64,000 bases of DNA, taken from the human T2T-CHM13v2.0 reference genome, Homo sapiens. A model generated the notes under the pieces. That model was not told where the DNA came from. It did no database searches and saw only the letters and a list, made by a program, of their open reading frames with translations. Made by a program: the position numbers and the translations under genes. Below are positions 40,521-56,175 of this stretch, one piece after another. The stretch lies in the NCBI RefSeq assembly GCF_009914755.1, contig NC_060934.1; one strand, written 5' to 3'. Position 1 is the first letter of the stretch; every line of letters begins with the position of its first letter.

Positions 40521-43500
40521 CAGGCCCAGACCTTCCCCCAGGAGGCCCCTGTTTTCCTAGACTCGCTTTTCTCATCTCTTTCCTTTGCTGTATTTCTTTT
40601 ACTAGATTTTTTTTTTCAGATTTGTCTACTTCTCTTTTCTTTCATCCACTTCACTGAAAGTAGGTTACGGTGATAGTCTCCTTTCCAAATATTCGTGGAG
40701 AAAAAGTACTAAACAAGATGCTTATGAGCAAGTCCTTTGTCTGGGGTTTTGCACTTGGATAGAAAAAATAGTAGATTCCATTTTTCTGAATGCTTCTGTC
40801 TGTCATCCCCGGGAGTTTCAGTGTTCGTATTAAACTGGCTAAGGCATATTATTTGTTTGTTAAATAAAATGAACATATTTTATGCTAACATATTTCCCTT
40901 GGAAATGTAACTATAAGAAAGTCTTAAGAGAAATATTAGCTTGACATATTCAAATTATGATAATGTGGCCAATGCAAAATCCTCAGGGCATATGGGCAAC
41001 ACCGAGAAAAACGGGGCACTGCTTTGTAAATATCTAATGTGTGACAGTTTTGCTGCCTTCCTTCTTGGGATAGTAAATCAGGCTTTAACCGGGGAGAAGG
41101 TAAACAAACTTGAACTTGGCTGCATTATGGGAAAAGACTTTCAGAGAGGCGAGATGTGGAACAGCCAGCTGCCCTGACAGGGCCCAGCAGCAGGCATGGC
41201 AGGGATGGCAGGGAGGAAGGTGTGGGCCTGGTGGAGCTCATATCCAGTGGGGAGGATGAACCATGGGCACAGGAGCAAGGAAATCAGATGATACAGAGAG
41301 CTCAGGCTGGGAAGGCAGTGGCGTGGTGCAGAAAAGATGACCCAGGAGGCATCTCACTCATTATAGGGAAGGGCCCTGCTGCAGCCTCAGTGGTGTCATG
41401 GGGCTGCCAGGCTGAAAAGAGGTCCTGGGCAGGGGAGGATCATTTGAAGACAGCGGGGAGGCAGGAGTGAGCCTGTGTGACCGAGGGGAAGGGAAGCTGG
41501 AGAGGGCTGCTGCTGGGCGTTCTTAAAGGGTTTCAAACTGTATTTGCACTCCTTTAGACTGGAAAGATCCATGCAGAACATTTTTACTTAGTTCCTGCAG
41601 TAAGCTTCTACTGTATCAGGCATGGGTGGGGAACCTAAAAGCTGAGGGAGATGATCTTTTTGCTCCAGAATCTAACACATTGCTGCCTTTAAAGCACTTT
41701 TCAGTTTCCTTAGAGGAAAGAAATTGGTTGGATCCACAATCCTAAATAGTTCAAGACAGTGATAAAGGCTCTCCTCACATCGTTTAAAATTAAATGTTTC
41801 ATATGATTTTATAAATTCTATTTTTTACTCATTTCAACTTTATTTGTCCCCCGCTCCCCAGACTTTCCCTAGTCTCTGCATATTTTTTAATACCACGGAT
41901 GACCCCCGCTGCCATGCACTGTGAGTCGGGCAGCCTCCTCATTTCTGTTTCAGGACACTGGGAAGTGCAAAGGTGCCTGGACTTTGGGGCGTGCCCAGAG
42001 CATCACCATCTGAGGCTGGAGCTATCTCCAGAGCGGGCAGCTCCCTCTGGTTTACATGAGTGTTCAGACTAGATTGTGGGCTTGGCATGGGGTCTCTCCT
42101 AGCTTCTTTACTTCCTGCCTAGATTCCAAGCCCAAACTTGCCAAAGATACTTTTTTCCTGTCTTATTTTGTTTCACCTTCATGTTGAGTGGTGTGAATAT
42201 GTGAATGAAAATGACGAGGAAGGACATATCAGTGCTGGGAACCTAAAACGTGTGCTGTGCTTTGATTCGATTCCTGTAAAACAGCTCATGGTGTGGGTTG
42301 AAAGGAGATGGAGATGAAAATCTTACTTCCAAGCTGCACTGGACATTTCAATTTATCCTTGTAAACAACCTGTAGTGGGGAGCCAGGTTGAGAGGTGGGC
42401 ATGGGGGATCCTGGTGGACAGCTCTTGGCCCTGGCTGTTTGTCTTATTTTACTTGGAAACCTTTTTTTTTTTTTTTTTTTTTTTTTGGGTGGGAGACCAT
42501 CTGGCTTTTCTGAGAAGGGATCCGTCTTTGTCACACTGGCATGAGCTGGTGCTGGACCCCCTGGCAGGACAGCTGGTGGGGTGAATTTGCTGTGGAACCA
42601 TTGGGAGTAAAAGACAAAGCTGGGAATCTGAACTCCCAAGAACATGGACATCCAAACATGTATGTGGAAATCTGTGGTTTGTGAACCATCAGCACAAGTA
42701 AGAAAGGGTAGAATCGAGAGGAAAGATTTTCTATTCACAGGTGAAAAAGCAAAAATAATTTCAAACTCTGTCCTTGGCAGCTGAATTACAATGTGGACGT
42801 GCCCTTGTCTCTTACAGAGACAGGCGTCTTTAAGTAGTCACTGAGGCTGCCCCATCCCATTTGAAGCTGTAGGTCAGAGAGCTGCAATGGGTGGCAATTT
42901 ACATATCCTCAGGTTGTTTGTTTAAATAGTCTGTTCAACAAGTAATTAAAATGTCTTGCAATGAGCTCATGATGGTTTAGGGTAGAATTTTAGGAGCTGG
43001 AAATTTCCATGAAATTGGGAAGAGGTGATGACTCTGGCTGATAAATTGAGGAATGGATGGAGCTTAAAGCCCTGGATGTGGGGCACATTCTGGAGGAGGC
43101 TGAGCTAGGAATTAGGTGGCCCCTGGTGTACCCAAGACTGAGGCCAGACCCTAGAGCACATGCATTTAGGATGATTCCTGAACCCCAACTTCCTAGTAAT
43201 GTCCCACCCTTGGGCATTTCAAAGAGCCCTGACTCCCACAGCGCACACTGGGGAAAAGTAAGGCAACTGCAATCTTGAATCCCTGCCTGACCTGCAGCTA
43301 AGGAATGTCTTTAACACAGGCAGCCAAAGAGATGTCACCAAGAGCACCTGTCACTCACTAAGAGATGAGTGATGACAACGGACATAGAAGTACCCCAAAA
43401 ATTGAGGGAAGAACATGCATGTTTGAAGGATTCCAGGGACAAAGCCGGGGAGGGGAATCTTACCTTAACACTGCATACCCTGGCCAGGCAGCATATCCAG

Positions 43501-46500
43501 CCTCAAGGCCCCAATACTTGCTCAAGCCAACACAGGTAGAGATGCTGGGGAGGGACCCAGATATGATAGGCAACTGTAGGTGGCCCTGTGCAAGTCATTC
43601 TCTTTCTCTTGCCTCCAGAGCAGCCAGCCCTGAGTGTGGCACAAAATTGGCACTTGGGAAGACTTAGCTGGCATAATTTTTATTGTTATTATCCCCCTTA
43701 TTTTTTACCAGTCTCCTGGCTCCTGTGTTCATGCTAACTGGTCAAGGCAGAGTCTAACCATTCCTTTTCCCAATTCCAGAATGCATTTCTAGCTCCTCTC
43801 TTCTGAGTTCAGGGCTGCTCAGGGCCCAGGCCAAGTGTCAGCCAACATTGCCACATTGCGTGGCCCTGCGTGTGCTGGACCCCTTGAGAGTCCAAGTCAT
43901 GTCACCCTCCACTCGGGGGCAGCTCACAGCCCAGCAGAAGTCAAAGAAGTGTCTGATGCCCTTTTGGCTCAAGGTGACCCCCTCTCATCATCACAATCCC
44001 TCCCTACCCCCTGATACCTTCATTTATCCCTCCATGGCTGTGGCTCAGACACACAGGAAGGAGGAACTGCCTGGTGATGCAGACAGCTCAATAAAAAATG
44101 TGGAGACTCAAGCTTCAGCTACTTTTCCATACATGGCTTAGGAAAGTGCTAACCTTGCCCATTTTCTCATCTGCAAAACAGAAATATCATCTCCCCTGCA
44201 GGGAGCAGGGAGCATTATTCAGAATGTGCTAAGTGCCTGGCATGTAGAAGGGTGGAATGAACACTAGGTTGGTATTCTTACTTGCACTCAGGCTCCAGCT
44301 CTGCTCACCTCCAGGCAGTCCAGGGCTGTCCCTTCTCCCTGCTCAGGGTGAAATGGATGAGGAACCACAGACAAGGAGACCAGGGCTTGTAGAGCCTCTG
44401 AGACTTCCCTTCTCAGATCTCCACTGTGGTTTGTGATGGGTGAACACTGATCGCATTGACTACATGACTGGCATTCCACCTCAAACCCTGTGGAACTCTA
44501 ACTTCTCTCTTCCTGGGCTGGTTTCCCTGCCTGTACCTGGTTTACAGGGAGTATGAGGAGCCCCAGGCCAGGCCAGGGATTCAGATGCTCCAGAAAGCAG
44601 CTCCAAGTTTGGGTGAAGAGAAGAGACATCCAGGGAGGAAGTGCAGCAAGAACCTGGGGCTTCTCCAGGCTTTCCTGGAGGAGAAGGGGAGGGTGATGGA
44701 AGAGGGCTGGAGGAACAGGAGGCTTTGTATTTCCAGCCATGAGCGCAGCAGATCCCACAAACTCCCTCACTCTTTGACAGACTGGCCATACAGTTTATCA
44801 TTGAAACCAGGACATTCTGACAGAGAAGAGGGCTCTGTCCTTCATTTTCCTGGAACAACAGGCAAATACTGGGACAGTATGGTCACTTTGTTCCTCCAGG
44901 ACTTTGAAAGGGATCTGAATAGCATCTTGGAGACCACTGATTGTCCAGGGCAATGACCCCCTCAAGTCCCCTCTTGGGAATTTTGGAGTTTGAGTCCCCA
45001 CATTTCCAGGAAGCCATGCTTTGGTTTCTGCCCCTGTGGCTTCCTGAGAAGTCAGCAGGGGGCTCCATGAGCCTTGCCCCACTGGACCAGGCTCCCTGAG
45101 AAGGTTCTGTGTTGGGGTTCAAGATGAGCCACACTCATCGCTGGGTTTGTGTACACTAGAGCAGTACACTTTTTTGACCACAACTTATGATAAACGTTGT
45201 ATTTTACATCATGATCATCATCATCATCATCAGGTGTTCACCAACCCCCACACACACACTCAAGACTTATTCTTCCCCACAGTAGATGTGACACTTGCCA
45301 AAATTTCTCATTTTATTCTCTTCCTTCTTTTCTATTTGAAAACACATTCTTCTTTCTTTTCTATTTTGTTTTTTAAAATTGCTGCTTCTACTAGTTTATG
45401 TTAATTTCACAGCCTGACTTTGTCCAGCATTTCCCATACATGGATTCTCACTTAAACCCCAGAAATATCCCTGTGCCATCCAAGGCAAACCATGGACCTG
45501 AGCCTGGCAGCCCCTGTGCTGGCACATCTGGAAGTCCCCAGATGTGGCTGCATCTGGGGCCTTCCAGACTGACCAAGGCCGGAGAACAAGGCCGGAGACT
45601 GCAAACCACAAGAGAAGGTTATTTAGTGCATTGGCCCCAAACAGCCCAAGGAGGGGCTCCTGCCTGCCATATCTCAGCTCTGAGACGTGGGGCTCACGGC
45701 TACTCTGAAGCTCCTTGTCTGTGTCCATCACATGGAGAGGGCTGGTAGCTCATGGGATTATCAGGACAACTGGAAGAGATGGTACCTGAAAGTCCTGTGT
45801 GGGCCTGGCAGGCACAGGCTGCCCTGGAAGGCACATGACCTAGGTGTTGGTCTGTCCCCAGCAGGAGCTCTGTCCTGAACAAAGGAAACACGCAGTGAAT
45901 GCATTAGGCTCCAGTTTCCCTTGGCCTCCTGAGCAGGGGGAGGCCCACACAGCCTGAAGGGCAGGTGCTCTCTCAGAGGAGGAACTGGAACGAGCTGGTC
46001 CCTGGCAGGCCTCCTTCCCCAGCGAAGGCACCGACAGGGCCCTGGAGGGTTCCCATAGTGGGCGGAAGGAAAGCCGACTCCCCCAAGGCTCAGGAATGCC
46101 CAGAATGGTTGTTTCCTCACGGCCTACAAGCCCATGTGACCCAGGCTGAGGGTCCCACGTTTGGGGAAGTGCCTGGGAAGGGGAAAGGACAAGGGTAGCC
46201 CGTGGCTGCATCTGGGACCTTCCAGACTGACCAAGGCTGGTCGCTCCTCCTCCCCATCAGCTTCTCTGGCTGCAGCATTGAGTTTGGCCACTGCCTGGGA
46301 AAGCTGAGCACAGCCACCGCTGCCAGCCACAGTCCTGAGCTCTTGGCCCTTGCCTCAGCTCCTCCCCGGAGGTTGGCCATCTTGCTCAGGTCTGGCTGGG
46401 AGCATCAGCCTTTAGGCCAAGCCAGCAGCAGCCAGGGTAGCCTAAGGCCTCCACCTGGTAGGGCAGTGGGGAAGGTATAGAGAACCTAGAGGGGAGGCAG

Positions 46501-47179
46501 GGGGGTCCTATGGTTACAGGCTTAGGTTTGGAGCCATACAGACTCATGTCCGAATCCTCACTTTGTCACTTCCCAGCTGTGTCCATTTTTGGAAAGACTC
46601 AGCCTCGGCTTCCAGTACTGATTTCGTGGAAAACTCCACTTGGTGGTGTCTCTGCCCTCTAGGGCCCTGGCTATGTCCTGAGGTCTGGCCAGCCACCCAC
46701 TGCCCCATGTCAGGCCTGTCCTGAAGCACCAGCAGCAGAAATATGTTCCAAGGCTCAGGAATGGGACCTGCAGCCACTGTGGTTGTCCCCTGGGGCCACC
46801 AGCTGCAAAGCCCAGACCAGCTGTGCCTGTCCCAATGCTGGCCTGTGGTTTGCACAGGCAGCATGTTCAGGCCCCACTGGAAGCAGGGAAGCCTTGGAAG
46901 GGGGTGCCTCTAGGGAAGGGATGGTTCTTTAATTTAGGCTCACAGGGAATAAACACTATAGTGTTTCTCATGTGCTGGGATTCCAGGGGGAAGGGCCAGA
47001 CACAGGGGAGTCTGCAGAAGGAGCAGTGCGGGTAACCACTGATGTACAAACATTGGAGTGAGATGGATTTGGGTACCAGTGTGACCTTGGGTGTGCAAAT
47101 GAATGCACAACCCTGGAGGTGAGTTGCTGCCTTCATTGCAGAGATGAGTGGAGAAAGCGTCCAACATGTTAACATCCCA

Positions 47180-49130
<1,951 letters not shown>

Positions 49131-49133
49131 CCC

Positions 49134-49397
49134 TTCTTCTTTTTTTTTTTAACTTTTAAGTTCAGGAGTACATGTGCAGATTTGTTGTATAGGTGAACTC
49201 GTGTCATGGGGGTTTGCTGTGCAGATTATTTCATCCACAGGTATGAAGCCCAGTACCCATTAGTCATTTTTTCTGATCCTCTCCCTCCTCCTACTCTCCA
49301 CCTTCCAACAGGCCCCAGTGTGTGTTGTTCCCCTCTATGTGTCCATGTCTTCTTATCATCTAGGTCCCACTTATAAGTGAGAACATGTGGTGTTTGG
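49134..49397 (-). mobile_element. 5'-truncated L1PA (older primate subfamily) 3' end with TSD
   Basis: polyT, aacttttaagttcaggagtacatgtgcag...cccacttataagtgagaacatg; flanked by gaaaacccccttc / gaaacccccctcc. Confidence 0.9.
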
Positions 49398-50411
49398 GAA
49401 ACCCCCCTCCATAATGCTCCCTTTGATTCTGTGACAGAGGAAGCCAGATCATGAGCTGCAAGTTGACAAAGGAGAGGAGGAAGAAAGCTTAAGGAAAGAG
49501 AAGAAAGCATGGAACAAGCCCCCAGGAGTAGGAAGGGCAAACAGAAGGGCTGAGTAGGATCAGGTGGCTGAGTATGAATTTTGAGAGTGGACAGCAGGGA
49601 AGAATTTTTTCTAAGCTCCAATCAGCTTTGGAGGTGCAGGTGCAGGGTGGACTAAGTTAGACTTAGCTGGAGAAGGTTAAACAGCCATTGACAGCTGGGT
49701 CCTTTATTCTAAGCCTGGGGCTCTTTCCACTCAGCTGCCAAGTCCACAAGCCCCACTTGCCACCCCAGGCCCCTCCATTCACAGCAAGAATAGGAGGATT
49801 GGGGAGTTCAGAGCCTTCATCTATGGCTTCATTCAGCTTTGTTTCTTTTTAGTTTCATGGGCCAAGGGGTGGACACAATTCCTTATGCTCTTACTTGTAG
49901 CAGGGCAATGGCCTTGAAATCTGACAGCAGCTAAGACGGGAACCCCAGGGTTGGGCTGTGACTTGACCAGAGGCTGCTGCCCAGGGCCTGGTGCTGCCTT
50001 GCAGCCTGAAGAGTCAGCTTACTCATTAAGTCTGTGAAACATCCATGATGAGGCACTGGCAGGAAACCCTGAAAAGGCATTGTGGAGCTTCCTCCTAGTG
50101 GGGGATGTCTAGGAGCAGACTCTACCTGAGGACAGCTGAGGACTTAGCTATCTCCAGTTTGCTCTGCTCAGCGGATACACAGGCTGTGCAGTAGGCCCAA
50201 GCCTTCTCTGCACACACCTGGTGGCTGGGCCAGAGCTCTCCCAGGCTGACGGATGTTCACCCGTCTCTTCACAGCTGATGCTGGGCAGGCAGGGTGGGTG
50301 CTACACGGGTCCTGTGTGCCTTATGTGGAGAGAGGCTCGGGGAATGCCTCAGGGTCTTTGATCAATCCTAATGGGTAGCAGGCACAGCTAAGGAATCTGT
50401 GTGGTCTAAAT

Positions 50412-50756
50412 CAGGGGTCCCCAACCCCCAGGCTGCAGACCAGTAGGGGTCCATGGCCTGTTAGGAACTGGACTGCACAGCAGGACATGAATGGTGGGTG
50501 AGGGAGCATTACCACCTGAGCTCACCTCCTGTCATGATAATCAGCAACAGCATTCGATTCTCCTAGGAGAACCCTATTGTGAACTGCGCGTGCGAGGGAC
50601 CTAGGTTGCGTGCTGCTTATGAGAATCTAACTCACGCCTGATCCTCTGAGGTGGAAGTTTCATCCTGAAACCACACCCACCCCACCCTGCACTGCCCGTG
50701 GAAAAATTGTCTTCCAAGAAACCGATCCCTGGTGTCAAAAAGGTTGGGGAACGCTG
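50412..50756 (+). mobile_element. MER1B (hAT-Charlie) with 8-bp TSD
   Basis: TIRs caggggtccccaacc / ggttggggaacgctg; TSD gtctaaat / atctaaat. Confidence 0.92.
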
Positions 50757-53030
50757 ATCTAAATGGTCTTTCTTTGGAGCTTGCAAGTTGACCCTGGTGA
50801 TGATTGTTTGAGTGTAAATAGCAGAAATCCTCATTTTACCTCCAAGAGGATTTACTTGGAACACACAGAACCCAAGGCGGGGAGTGTGGCCAGACTTCAC
50901 CAGTGACCAATGCCCTCTGAGGTTCTCCAGGCCCTCCATGGGCAGCCACAGGTTGCTTCCCTGGTCTTGCATCCCCACTTCTCTCTCTGAATCTGTTTCA
51001 AGCAGTGGGGGCTCCCTCTGCTTCTGTCTCCCGGCAGCCCACACTCCAGAGTGCCGAGTCCTCAGCTGCAGGCACAGAGAAAGGGAGCAAAGCCCGATGC
51101 TGTTGAATCACAGCCTTGTACTCCTGTGACAGAAAATCAGATCGGCCTGCAATATGCATCCAGTGTCCACTCCATGCAATCAGCCGTGCTGAGGGGACCC
51201 CATCACCGTGGGGGTCCAGCTTTCTCAGCTGTGTTTGTGCCTCCCACAAGTGATGGGAATAAGGAAGCTGAAACCCAGTGCCCTGTGCCCCCCATGCCAG
51301 ACTCCCTGTGTGAGCTACACCTCCGGCTTCTAGAATAAGCCCCCTTTCCAATTCACAGGAGGATACCACCTGGGCTCTCCATGCCAGCCCTCATGGGCTC
51401 AGTAGACCACCTCCCCAAAGAATCCACTTTTCTCAGGTCTCACCTTCACCAGCGCTTTTTAAGCAAATCCTTACTGATGCCTAAGTTAGGGGTCTTTTCT
51501 GTTTTACGCTTCCCTGATGCCTGAATGCACCACAATCTATGAAAATACCCACTTCTCACACGGCAGCCGCCAGACTGCAGGCTTCATGGAATTAGAGTGA
51601 GTGTGTCTTGCTCCCCACACTCCTGCGGTGCAGGAGAGGCATCACAGCTGTTGTTGGCCAAGTAAATGAGGGGAGAATGCAAGCATGCCAGGGCTCAGGC
51701 TTTCTTTCTGATGCCAGGTCATTTTGAAGGGTTGGCCCATTGTCGATTCCCAGTGCTAGGATAGCAGTGTGGTGTGCCGGAGATACAGGGGATGCGACCC
51801 AGTGACTTCTCCCCATCCTTTAGCTGAGGGGCAGGCTCAGCTTCCAGGTCACTTCCTGCTCCCTTGGTCTCTGAGCTTTGTTAAGGGGCTCAGCAGAGGC
51901 AGATGTGGGTCTTATTCTAGCTCTGTGGACCTCAGGAAACAGGAGGTGGAGAGAGGGAGCAAAATGGGGAACTTTCAGGGTGGAGGGGCGGGCTTTGTCC
52001 TGTCCCTCAAAAGCTAGCTTCTTCCACACACTCTCCCAGTCTAATCCTCTTGACCGTTGGCAGTAATAAGCTTCAGTGTTGCAGCTGGGAGACTGGAACT
52101 CAGAGAGATCAAGGGATGCATCTCAAATCACAGAGGGAGCAGAGAGTGAATGGGACGCAAGCCCCAGTCTACTGATCTTCACACCTGCACAGGTCCCCTG
52201 ACACCACGCTGCCCTTCCCGGCCTGCTCTAACCCTTCTTCCTTCCCCAGTCCATCTGCAGCTTAGCACCCACATGACGGCCATCCCATTAAGTCATGGGA
52301 AGATTTGGCATGGGATGATGTGATCACATCTGGACCAATGGGGAAGAGGGCTTGGAGGACCGGACAATCTGACTCAGACATTCGGAACTTTTGTGCTGAC
52401 TCTCCTTTCTAACAAAGTTGACTGTGGATGACAGAGAATGTGCTAGAGAGTGTTAAGGGCTGACCTCTGTGAGGACCAGAACCTGTCTGCTGGGCTCATC
52501 TCCTATGCCCCATGTCCAGGACAGTGCTGGCTAGCCATTGCTAGGTGAGAGAATCGTGTCTGGCTTCCAGCAAGGTCTCTGTGCAGTGCAGGAAACACAC
52601 AGAGTGCTGGTCCTCAGCAATTACCATCAGGGCCAGACCTCTGTTGCATTCTCCCAGGACTGAGAAGGGCAGAGTGGAAGCTTCCCTCCTCACAGCTGTC
52701 AAGAAATACCTGAGACCCTTGCACAAAACCATCCCTTGTGGAGTGGAGGACAGGCTGGCCTTTCAGAAGCAATTCTAGCAAAATCAAAGACACTCAGAGA
52801 AAAGGGAGCACCTTTCCCTGCTAAGGATCAGCTGTCCAGAAGAGGCAAGTATGCCTCCAGAATTCTCAGCTGTGATTAGCATGATTACAATGCCCTGTTT
52901 TCCATGAACCACTGTAGCCAGGATTACACAACCCTCAGTTTTGGGTTTGTGGGGAAAAAAAGCACGTCCAGAAAATTCCAAGTAGTAACACTAATTTCAA
53001 ACTGTTGGTGGCTACATTTGAGTACAGAAC

Positions 53031-53036
53031 TTTATT
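53031..53036 (-). terminator. Distal polyadenylation signal of CXCL12-beta (a second AATAAA at 53125-53120)
   Basis: tttatt on the + strand at 53031-53036, at the end of an AT-rich UTR block. Confidence 0.85.
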
Positions 53037-55656
53037 AGGAAAATTATAAGTGCATATACATTTTTTCATTGGTATGACTTCAAAGTAGAAATTGTTGTTT
53101 CTCAAAGAGTTGTTTCTTATTTATTTTTTAAAGCACGCTGCGTATAGGAATTGGCCTTCTCCTGGACCATTTTCACATTATCTGGGAGATGCAATTGAAA
53201 CAATACAAAATACAGTATTCATCACATTTAACACTGAATCATTCACTGCTCAGAGACTGAGAGTCCAGCGAGGTTGCAAAATAACAAATTTTCTACATGG
53301 TTTTATCAGTGGTCTGCTTAGGGGATTTGGAAGTTTCTAGGGAATATTTCCCAGGAATGGGGCTCCTTCAGAATGAGTCAGGGAAGCTCTGTAGAGGGAT
53401 CAGAGCACTCAAATTCTCATCCAGCTGGAAAAGGGTGTAGCACCTGGGAAAGGCGATCAACTCCCAGTCAGGGAGCCCACGGTGATAACACCAGTCAGAC
53501 GATCACACCATGGAAGGGTCCAATGAGATCCAATGGAAAGACTTAGAACATCTAAGGTTGGGGGAGGTGCAACCTTCTGCTATTCAGCCCCTCTGCTCCA
53601 AGCGGAAGCTTTTTTCTCAGGAGGTAATCTCTAATAACAAGCAGAGTGCCCTCTGGAGCCTCCTCGCTGGTATCTCAGTGCCTGGACAGAGGGGGACACA
53701 CCACAGCACAAACACGTGGCACAGACTCAATCCCAACACACAGCCAGTCAACGAGCCTCTGGCCCCTTCCTCTGGGTCCTGATACAGAGCTGGCAGCGAG
53801 GGCCTCTGAAGAGGTTACAGGGAGCCCAAGGGAGTGTCAGGTAGAGGCAGCACCAGGTCCCGGAGGGACAGATGAGGGATCCCTAGTAAACAGCTCGTGG
53901 ACGCACTTGACTAGCAGTTCGAAAGCAAAAAGAGATTCGGATTACAAGAGACTTTTCCCTTGCAAATGGAAGACTGTATTTAAATGCATATTGCTTTAGC
54001 TGGGCAGTCTCCAGGAAGGAGCTGATTGTTAGTAGAGGAATTGTTATGCAAATAATTTTCCCTGCAGTTTCTACTCTTATCTATTTTCTCCCATGGAGGA
54101 GAAATAGAAATGATTCCTTTCCTGACTGTAGTCAAGATTTAGGGTCATGTTTGTTTCCTCAACCAAGAATTCAATGGTCTTGGTTCATGGATTGGGGGCA
54201 GGTACATCCAAGTTCTACGTGACAGATTTTAAAATATCTTGGATTACCTGGATAATGACTGCCCCACTGAAAACTCAATTATACTGGTATAGTGAGAGGT
54301 TAATTTCAAAAGGTTTTGAAAGAGTTCTGTATCTTTATAACTAGTAAAGATCCCTCAGGCTCTATTTTTTCAATATAACATAGCTGGATTGAGGATTTTA
54401 ATTTTTGTTTAAGGGACAATTTTTGTTGATGGGTTTGCCTTCTGCCATGAAGCTCCAATTTGAAATACTTATGAAAATACTTAACACATGTTACTAATTA
54501 CCCTACAGATTATTAAATTCAAGAACAGTTACAATTCAAGATTACATCACTATAATTTACTTCCTACTTCCTACATGTTACATAGTTTCCTTGCTTTGAC
54601 TTCCTTGTTTTCCACTTTCTTCATTAAAATTTTTTTTAACTGGAGTCTTTAATCAAAGGGCAAAAGTATTCGTAAGACTGAATGAAAAACAAAACAAAAA
54701 CCCACAAGTGCTTGCCTTTGTCAAAAGTGAACATTTTAAGTGGCTTAATACAGCTCTATCGACTGCCCTCAGTGGAAGGGGAACACTCCAAATGTCAGGC
54801 AGGTTGACTTACTCTTCACATAGCACATTGTTCTCTTAGAGAAATGTCCTGTGGGAAGGGCCCGAAGCACAGGTGACACGCAGAGCAGAGAGGGCCCAGG
54901 AGGAAGGCAGGAGATGATGGCATTGCCAAATGGTGAAGAAGATGAGGTTAGATGTGAATTGGGAAAGAATCTTCATGTCCAGGATTGGTTATTTTGTGGA
55001 CTGGGTTTTAAAAACCAAAAACAAGTTGTGAATGCTTGTTTTCCTCAAGCAGTGCTGGGCTTGGCCCTAGTTTGAAGGTACTGACATGTGAGGGAGCACT
55101 GATGGGGCAGCAATCCTCTGGGGTCAACCCTGGTGCACACCGAATTCCCTTGGGCTCTGCCCATGGACCCACCATGTTTTTGTGATCAGTGGGGGAACCA
55201 AGGTAGTTCACCCCAAAGGACCACGGCTCTGATCAGGACTGCACTCAAAGGGCCCAAGGAGCATCTCCTCGCTCAGCGGCTGCACAGGGGGAACAGTGCA
55301 TGCATCAAGACATTGGTCACAGAGGAGGACGCTGGCTTTGAACAAAAACATAGGATTGGACAATGGACAATATTCCAAACAAGACACAGATGTGCACAGT
55401 GTTTTCAGGTAACACAAGACATTTTCATTTCCTGCTTGGTGCACAGTTTACATGAAAGCTTTGGTCCTGAGAGTCCTTTTGCGGGGCCATGGAGACAGTC
55501 GTGGACACACATGATGATGGATGAGACAGAGAATGATGAGCAGAACGTGGAGGATGTGGAGGTGCTCGGGATGAGGGCTGGGTCTCACTCTGCCCTGGCC
55601 TCACACTGCTGCCTCAGCTCAGGGTAGCCCTGCTGCCCTCCCAGAAGAGGCAGACC

Positions 55657-55657
55657 T
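55657..55657 (-). other. CXCL12: SDF1-3'A allele (G801A, c.*519G>A, rs1801157)
   Basis: mRNA sense reads GGGAGCC-A-GGTCTG, so the MspI site CCGG is absent. Position = 282-nt CDS + 519 = 801. Confidence 0.92.
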
Positions 55658-55735
55658 GGCTCCCATGTGGATGGAGAAGGGGGTGAGCCTCCCATGTGGC
55701 CCTCCACCATCCCATCCCACAGAGAGAAGCCTTCA

Positions 55736-55938
55736 CTAGGCTTTGCCCAGGTTGACTGGTCCTGGCACCCCCAGGCGTCCCTCTTGGTGGCTCTCCACCC
55801 TAGGGCTGACCATGGGGCCAGGCTCCCTCAGCCCAGTCTCCCCACCTGCACAGCTCAGAGAATACAAAACCCAGGAGCCCTGAGTCAGAGGAGTGGCTCC
55901 GTGGAAAGACACTCTAATAAGGCAAGTACAATAATGGC
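55736..55938 (-). CDS. CXCL12: Terminal coding segment of the 103-aa CXCL12 isoform (..ESH-YCTCLIRVSFHG...PVNLGKA*), joined from within exon 2 (after 63686)
   Basis: 61 nt (exon 1, from prior knowledge) + 48 + 203 = 312 nt = 103 codons + stop. Frame is open to TAG at 55738-55736. Peptide matches my recollection of the annotated isoform; the junction is non-canonical. Confidence 0.6.
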
Positions 55939-56175
55939 CTTAGTCTAAGCTGCTACGTGTCGCCAGTGACACTGAATAATCAAACTAAATGAAAAATAAA
56001 TGTCATGTATTTTGCTACATAATCAAATGGTGAAAATATGGCAAAGTGTGCAAAACAAAGCCCTTGGCAATGCCTGGGGCCCTGCCCTGGCAGGGGAGGC
56101 TGTGGCAGGCCCTTCCCTAACACTGGTTTCAGAGCTGGGCTCCTACTGTAAGGGTTCCTCAGGCGTCTGACCCTC

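Larger units (their letters stand above)
53010..56175 (-). other. CXCL12: CXCL12-beta 3'UTR (~3.17 kb)
   Basis: Follows the beta stop, contains the classic 302-bp SDF1-3'A amplicon (55457-55758), ends after AATAAA at 53036-53031. 3' end is approximate. Confidence 0.9.

Noticed and set aside
46651-46668. CTCF-like motif (ggccctagagggcag on -)
   Set aside because: Mismatches in the core; not supportable without ChIP data.
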